From Asterias rubens (taxonomy: Eukaryota), in the NCBI RefSeq assembly GCF_902459465.1, contig NC_047072.1, positions 6,014,001-6,078,000 on the forward strand: DNA of 64,000 nucleotides, in the 5' to 3' direction. The notes beneath the pieces were generated by a model. It did no database searches, was not told where the DNA came from, and saw only the letters and a program-made list of their open reading frames with translations. Positions 59,097 to 64,000 of the stretch are shown here, piece by piece. The first letter of the stretch is position 1. Each line of letters begins with the position of its first letter. A program made the position numbers and the translations under genes.

Positions 59097-62000
59097 GTGC
59101 TGGTTACACTGCAACCCCAGGAGATGTCCGATCGTATGCTTGCATCTCATGAAGAAGTAATGAAGAATGGTGAGACTCATCACAGACAACATACCCTGGA
59201 GGAGTTTGCTATCGATCACTTTAGACCACCTCCTAATAAGAGGACATTGAGTAGCGCTGTAAAGCATCGTACTAGGGTGAGTCTTTCAAAACCAATCACT
59301 TTAGGCCACCTCCCAAGAGGACATTTGTAGGGCTGTAAAGTGTCGTACTAGGGTGAGTGTTTTAAACCAACTTAGACCACCTCCTAAGAGGACATTAAGT
59401 AGGGCTGTAAAGTGACATATTAGGGTGAGTGTTTGAAAACCAATCACTTAAGGCTACCAACTATAAGAGGACTGTAAAGCGACGTACTAGGGTGAGTGTT
59501 TAAAAACCAATCACTTTAGACCACCTACTATTAGAGGACGTTAAATAGGGCTGTAAAGCATCGTACTAGGGTGAGTGTTTGAACCAATCATGAGGCTGTG
59601 TCGACCAGCCTGGGTTCGAGTAAAATTAGTCAACCTTTACTTATTGATTAGTGGGTGTATTTTATTAAGCTGTACTGGAGGATTTGTTTGATCTGTACAG
59701 GATAACCTGTGGAGTTACACCAAAGAAGCTATTAGACAACCTCTGATGAAGAAACTGCTGAATAATCCGGAGATGGCTGAACAAGCCTGCGATGCTTTTG
59801 AAGATATCCTTTTAAAATATCCAATAATCATTCAATCATCGATCAAAATCATTCAATCAATCAATCAATGCATCTATTGCTGATTGGTCATTTTGATCGA
59901 TTGATCAATCGCTCCATTACAAAAGAAAGCTTGTCGAGGAGAGATCTGCGGACACGATGTGTGAACTCACTAGGACGTTATAAACTTGTTTATTATCAGC
60001 AGGGAAAGTGTTTGTCAATGTCAGTACTTGAAGTTCTGTTGTGATAAAAACTTTGCTATTTTAGTTTAAGAACCAACTTTACATTACTCTCCTTGACTTC
60101 TTTGAACCTGTTCTGAAGTACATGGGTGACTTCCCAACAAAGAGGTCATATCGTGATCGTCTTGATAATGACCTCTCAGTTAAAATATTTGAATCTCCAT
60201 TGAAGAATGAGCCATTGAAGGATGAGATTTATTGTCAGCTCATTAAGCAGCTGACGGATAACAGACGAAAGTAAGTCACGTTCGTTACCTCTTTCTCAAA
60301 AGCTACGTTACTTCAGAGGGAGTGGTTTCCCACAATGTTTTATACTGTCAACAGCTCCCCATTGCTTGTTACCAAGTCAGTTTTTATATTAACAATTATT
60401 TTGAGTAATTACCAATAGTATCCAGCGCCTTCAAGCTTCTCATTATAAATGATTCCCTGTAGATTGAGTGAAGAGAGAGGTTGGGAGTTGATGTGGCTGG
60501 TTACCGGCATCTTTGCCTGTAGTCAAACCCTCATGCCAGAAGTTAAAAAGTTTCTACGTTCAGCAGATAATCAACTTTCTGCTGAATGCCTCCATCGATT
60601 GAAGAACCTGGTTCGTTTTGGTCAACGTAAATACCCCCCTCACTTGGTGGAAGTACAGGCAATTCAGCACAAGACTAGACAGATATATCACAAGGTGTAT
60701 TTTCCTGATGACACAGCTGAGGTAATTAGTGATCGCAATTAACAGACAGGAATCGAAAACTTGTTTTTGATGTACCGATTTAAAACTTAAATCAAAATAT
60801 TGCTGCTTATATGTATATTAATAATATTAAAAGATAAAACTCAAAGAGTTTATCACTAGTTCCAGTTGAATGAGCTAAAACAATGAAAACAATAAATGAC
60901 CAGTACTTCATACTTGTCAATCTCCCCATTCCTTTGACCATCAGCTGATCAAAGGATTGGTTTGTCTGTCAGTCATTGGTTCTATCTGGCGGTCGACAGC
61001 TCGCCATGGCAGCTTCCTAGTTGTAGTTAGTGTTTTGTCAGTATTTTCATTGTATGCGTTTTGTGTTTTTTTCTGTATTTCCTGAATTTTTGTTTTCATC
61101 TCTCCTGGTTTTTCTCTCTTGACTTTCCAAAAGGGCTTTTAGACTTCACTGTAATTTTGCACTTTATAAAAATTGGTCATTTTATATTGTTATTAATTTG
61201 TACCATTATTATTATGTGTTGATAGAGGAAATGAATAGGTCTTCTGCAGTGATGGAAACATGCTTATCAATGATATTTGTTATTGTATACTGAAACCATT
61301 TGCTCTTTGTTTCTTCTTTGCTTTTAGGTTTTTGAGGTCACTTCAGGAACGAGGGCCAAAGATATCTGTCGGAATATTGGTCAACGACTACGGTTGAAAT
61401 CCTCGGAAGGATTCAGTTTGTTTGTTGAGGTTGATGGTTATGGTAAACATATTCAATGCAGAGTTATTTAAAAGAACATACTGTTAAGTAGGTTTCTGTC
61501 AATCAAGTTCCATGTTGATAATATACAAGTCCCTAGAGAAATCCACATGTATACTAGTGAGGAAAGCCATCTTCCATCATTCATTCATGAATCTTGTCAA
61601 CCCAAGAGTATTAATTATGATAAGTCGTCGTTGATTATTCTCCATTTATATAACACCCAAGCAGATCCTTGCCATTTGATTGGAGGATTGTCCGTCACGT
61701 GATAGCAAATAAAAGTACCATTGCACGCTGAGTCACTCGCCGTGCTTTTTCGTTCCATCCGAAAAGTACCATTGCACGCTGGCACGCTGCCAGCGTGCAA
61801 TGGTACTTTTCGGATGGAACGAAAAAGCTGAGTAAAAACATCACTGCGTGCGCGTGTCTTTGGTAACGCAGCAGGTGTTACTGCAAGAAGGCATAGTAAA
61901 ATTACTAGCATTCGGCTTCTACAGTTGAAATTGTTTGTTTTGAAAGTTGTTTCTTTCAATCAAAATGACAAAGTTCTACTTGGATGTTATATAAAACAAA

Positions 62001-63772
62001 TAATGAATGTTTTTCATTCGTGCAATGGTGCGAATATGTTCATTCGTTGAAAGCTGGAATGTTCCATTCAACTCGGCTCCGCCTCGTTGAATAGAACATT
62101 CCATCTTTCAACTCATGAACATATTCGCACCATTGCACTCATAAACATTCATTATGTGTATAATATTTGTTGTCGTTTTGTAGTGACCAGTGTACCAGTA
62201 CCAGAGGGTGATTTCTTTCTTGACTTTATGCAATATCTGATGGGAAGGATCAGCAGGACAGCTAGACCAAGCAGAGAAGGTAAGAGACAGGTCAAAGCAA
62301 GAAAGATGAATGTAACGGCCCTTTCATCCATGTCCTCTGAGAGCAAAGTGTTAATAGCATCAGTTGCAGCAAATATCAGATGATTGTTGAATTTTAGTAT
62401 GGTACGTGTAGGTGCCAAGCAGGAGAGAGTGCTCGCCGAATTCAAGCTCTTCTATTCAGCAGAGTGTGTGTTTGAGCCTTGGTCGAGACACTTTTGTCCC
62501 TTGTATAATATGAGCAAGACACTTTTGTTGAGCTACATTTGGCAGTACAGGTGGTATTACTCCCGACGAGCTTTGAGATGCCCTTTTGGTGTCTAAATCG
62601 CTTTATAAAAACTGATTATTATTATTATTAGGATATTAATTTATTTTGTTAAGCATAAATGAACCTTAAACCTTGACTGTATACTCGGTACTTTTCCGAG
62701 TCAATCAAAGAAACCATGCTGTACTACATTGGTGGGGTTTAAGCCCACTTTAAAACACACATTTGGGATGTGTTTTGTTTCTTGACATTCATTTATGTTT
62801 GTGTTGTGCACCCAGGATCAATGGCAATAACCTACAAGGTAGCCTTCATGAAGAAGTTATGGACCAACACAGTACCAGGTCGTGATCCAATAGCTGATGT
62901 CATCTTTCACTACCACCAGGAGCTTCCTATGCTCCTACGAGGTTACCATAAATGTTCCAAGGAGGAAGCTGCTCAGCTAGCTGCTCTTCAGTACCGGGTC
63001 AGATTCGGCGATGATAAATCTGAGTTTCAGAATATTCCTCGGATGACGAAGAAATTACTGCCGTTTGATATGATTAGGGTTATGTCTCCTGAGGAATGGA
63101 AGAGGGTAAGATCTGGTTTACTGATTGATTTGCCTATAGAAACAAAAGAATTCTGATTAAATCATACACCATGTAGGTCAGCCTTTGTCCTCGATAAAAT
63201 ATTCTTAAGTTTTTTCCAGGGAACAAATGCCTGTTTGAGTCTTGTAGACACCGTTATTCAAGATAGCAAAACTCTGCACTTTGATCTCCTGTCTGACAGA
63301 CTCTATGTGAAATGTCAAAGTTCACTTGTCGCCCTGTTGTAGTTGTGATCAAAGCTTCTTGCATCTTCACCCAGTCGACTGTTGAAGATTTCATATTTAG
63401 TTATCCTTAAACTGTTTTGACAATTTTCCTTTTAATAATTCTTCTTTTGAAATTGGCAGAGAGCAAGTGTTTATCAGGTAGCATAAAAGTTAATTTATTT
63501 TGTAGATTCATTTCACGTTTGTGTGTTTGTGCAGTTTGGGTACTGTTACAATGTTTGTTTAACCATACTGATATTTCCTTACAGGCTTTTTGTAATACCA
63601 TTGTGATATTGTTTATTACCGCAAACCAAATATACATTATAATTTTTCTTGACAGGCTATTGTTGCTGCTTACAACCAACATTCTGGCAAGTCTAGGGAT
63701 AAAGCTAAAATTGCGTTCTTGAAGATCGTTTACAGATGGCCAACGTTCGGCTCATCATTCTTTGAAGTCAAG
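59097..63772 (+). CDS. MYO7A: Myosin VII tail fragment, second MyTH4-FERM module (exons 59097-59276, 59701-59803, 60108-60270, 60463-60721, 61328-61442, 62184-62279, 62816-63105, 63656-63772; continues beyond the window)
   Basis: [121 protein letters not shown] and WPTFGS.FFEVK match the recalled MYO7A C-terminal half. No motor, IQ or SH3 exons are found upstream. Confidence 0.9.
59221..59590 (+). repeat. Tandem array (5 units, 70-80 bp) derived from the exon end plus 5' splice site
   Basis: Each unit is ttagaccacc...gctgtaaag..(cgtac)tagg|gtgagt...aaccaatcac. Confidence 0.85.
59804..60107 (+). other. U12-type (minor spliceosome) AT-AC intron
   Basis: 5' end ATATCCTTT, branch site CTCCTTGAC at 60089-60097, 3' end AAC. 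Removal restores CDAFE-A-VLKYMGD in frame. Confidence 0.92.
61700..62150. mobile_element. Two palindromic interspersed elements in a myosin intron
   Basis: cttttt-cgttccatccgaaaagtaccattgcacgctgg...ccagcgtgcaatggtacttttcggatggaacg-aaaaag, and caatggtgcgaatatgttcat...atgaacatattcgcaccattg. Confidence 0.65.
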
Positions 63773-64000
63773 GTGAGACTTAAAGGCACATGTTGCCTAT
63801 AAAAAAGCATTTGCAACCATTTGTTATAAAATGCATATGGTTGGAAAGATGTTTAAAAGTAGAATACAATGATCCACACAAGTTTGCCTCGAAATTGCGT
63901 GGTTTTCCTTTTTCTGTGCGAACAAACACGGTCGGCCATTTATGAGAGTCAAAAATTGGACTCCCATAAATGGCCGACTGTGTTAGTCGACGAGGTAAAA

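Noticed and set aside
59097-63772. MYO10, MYO15 or PLEKHH-type MyTH4-FERM protein
   Set aside because: Long motifs ([37 protein letters not shown]) are myosin-VII specific.

Overview
Eukaryotic, intron-rich, AT-rich genomic DNA with two assembly gaps (34705-34974, 51790-51934). It looks like an invertebrate deuterostome, possibly an echinoderm such as a sea star; that is inferred from gene content and repeat style and is not verified. Genes reconstructed by hand from splice sites and recalled protein similarity: an IgV-mucin-TM receptor with a 13-tyrosine tail (+, 1834-4088), JAGN1 (+), IRAK1BP1 (+), PYROXD1 (-), Ashwin/C2orf49 (+, head-to-head with PYROXD1), a NACHT-LRR (NLR) gene with near-identical 55-aa LRR units (+), a truncated NLR duplicate with an intact ORF (+), and an orphan myosin-VII tail (second MyTH4-FERM module, +) containing a U12 AT-AC intron and running off the window. 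Intron 2 of IRAK1BP1 holds a young 3.55-kb tyrosine-recombinase (DIRS-order, split-direct-repeat) retrotransposon lacking RT. Its internal B-A repeat junction appears to lie inside a spliceosomal intron that splits gag from its zinc knuckle. The rest is MITEs (CWG- and TTAA-flanked), tRNA-derived SINEs, LINE fragments and minisatellites. No database searches were run; all homologies are from recalled sequences and motifs.
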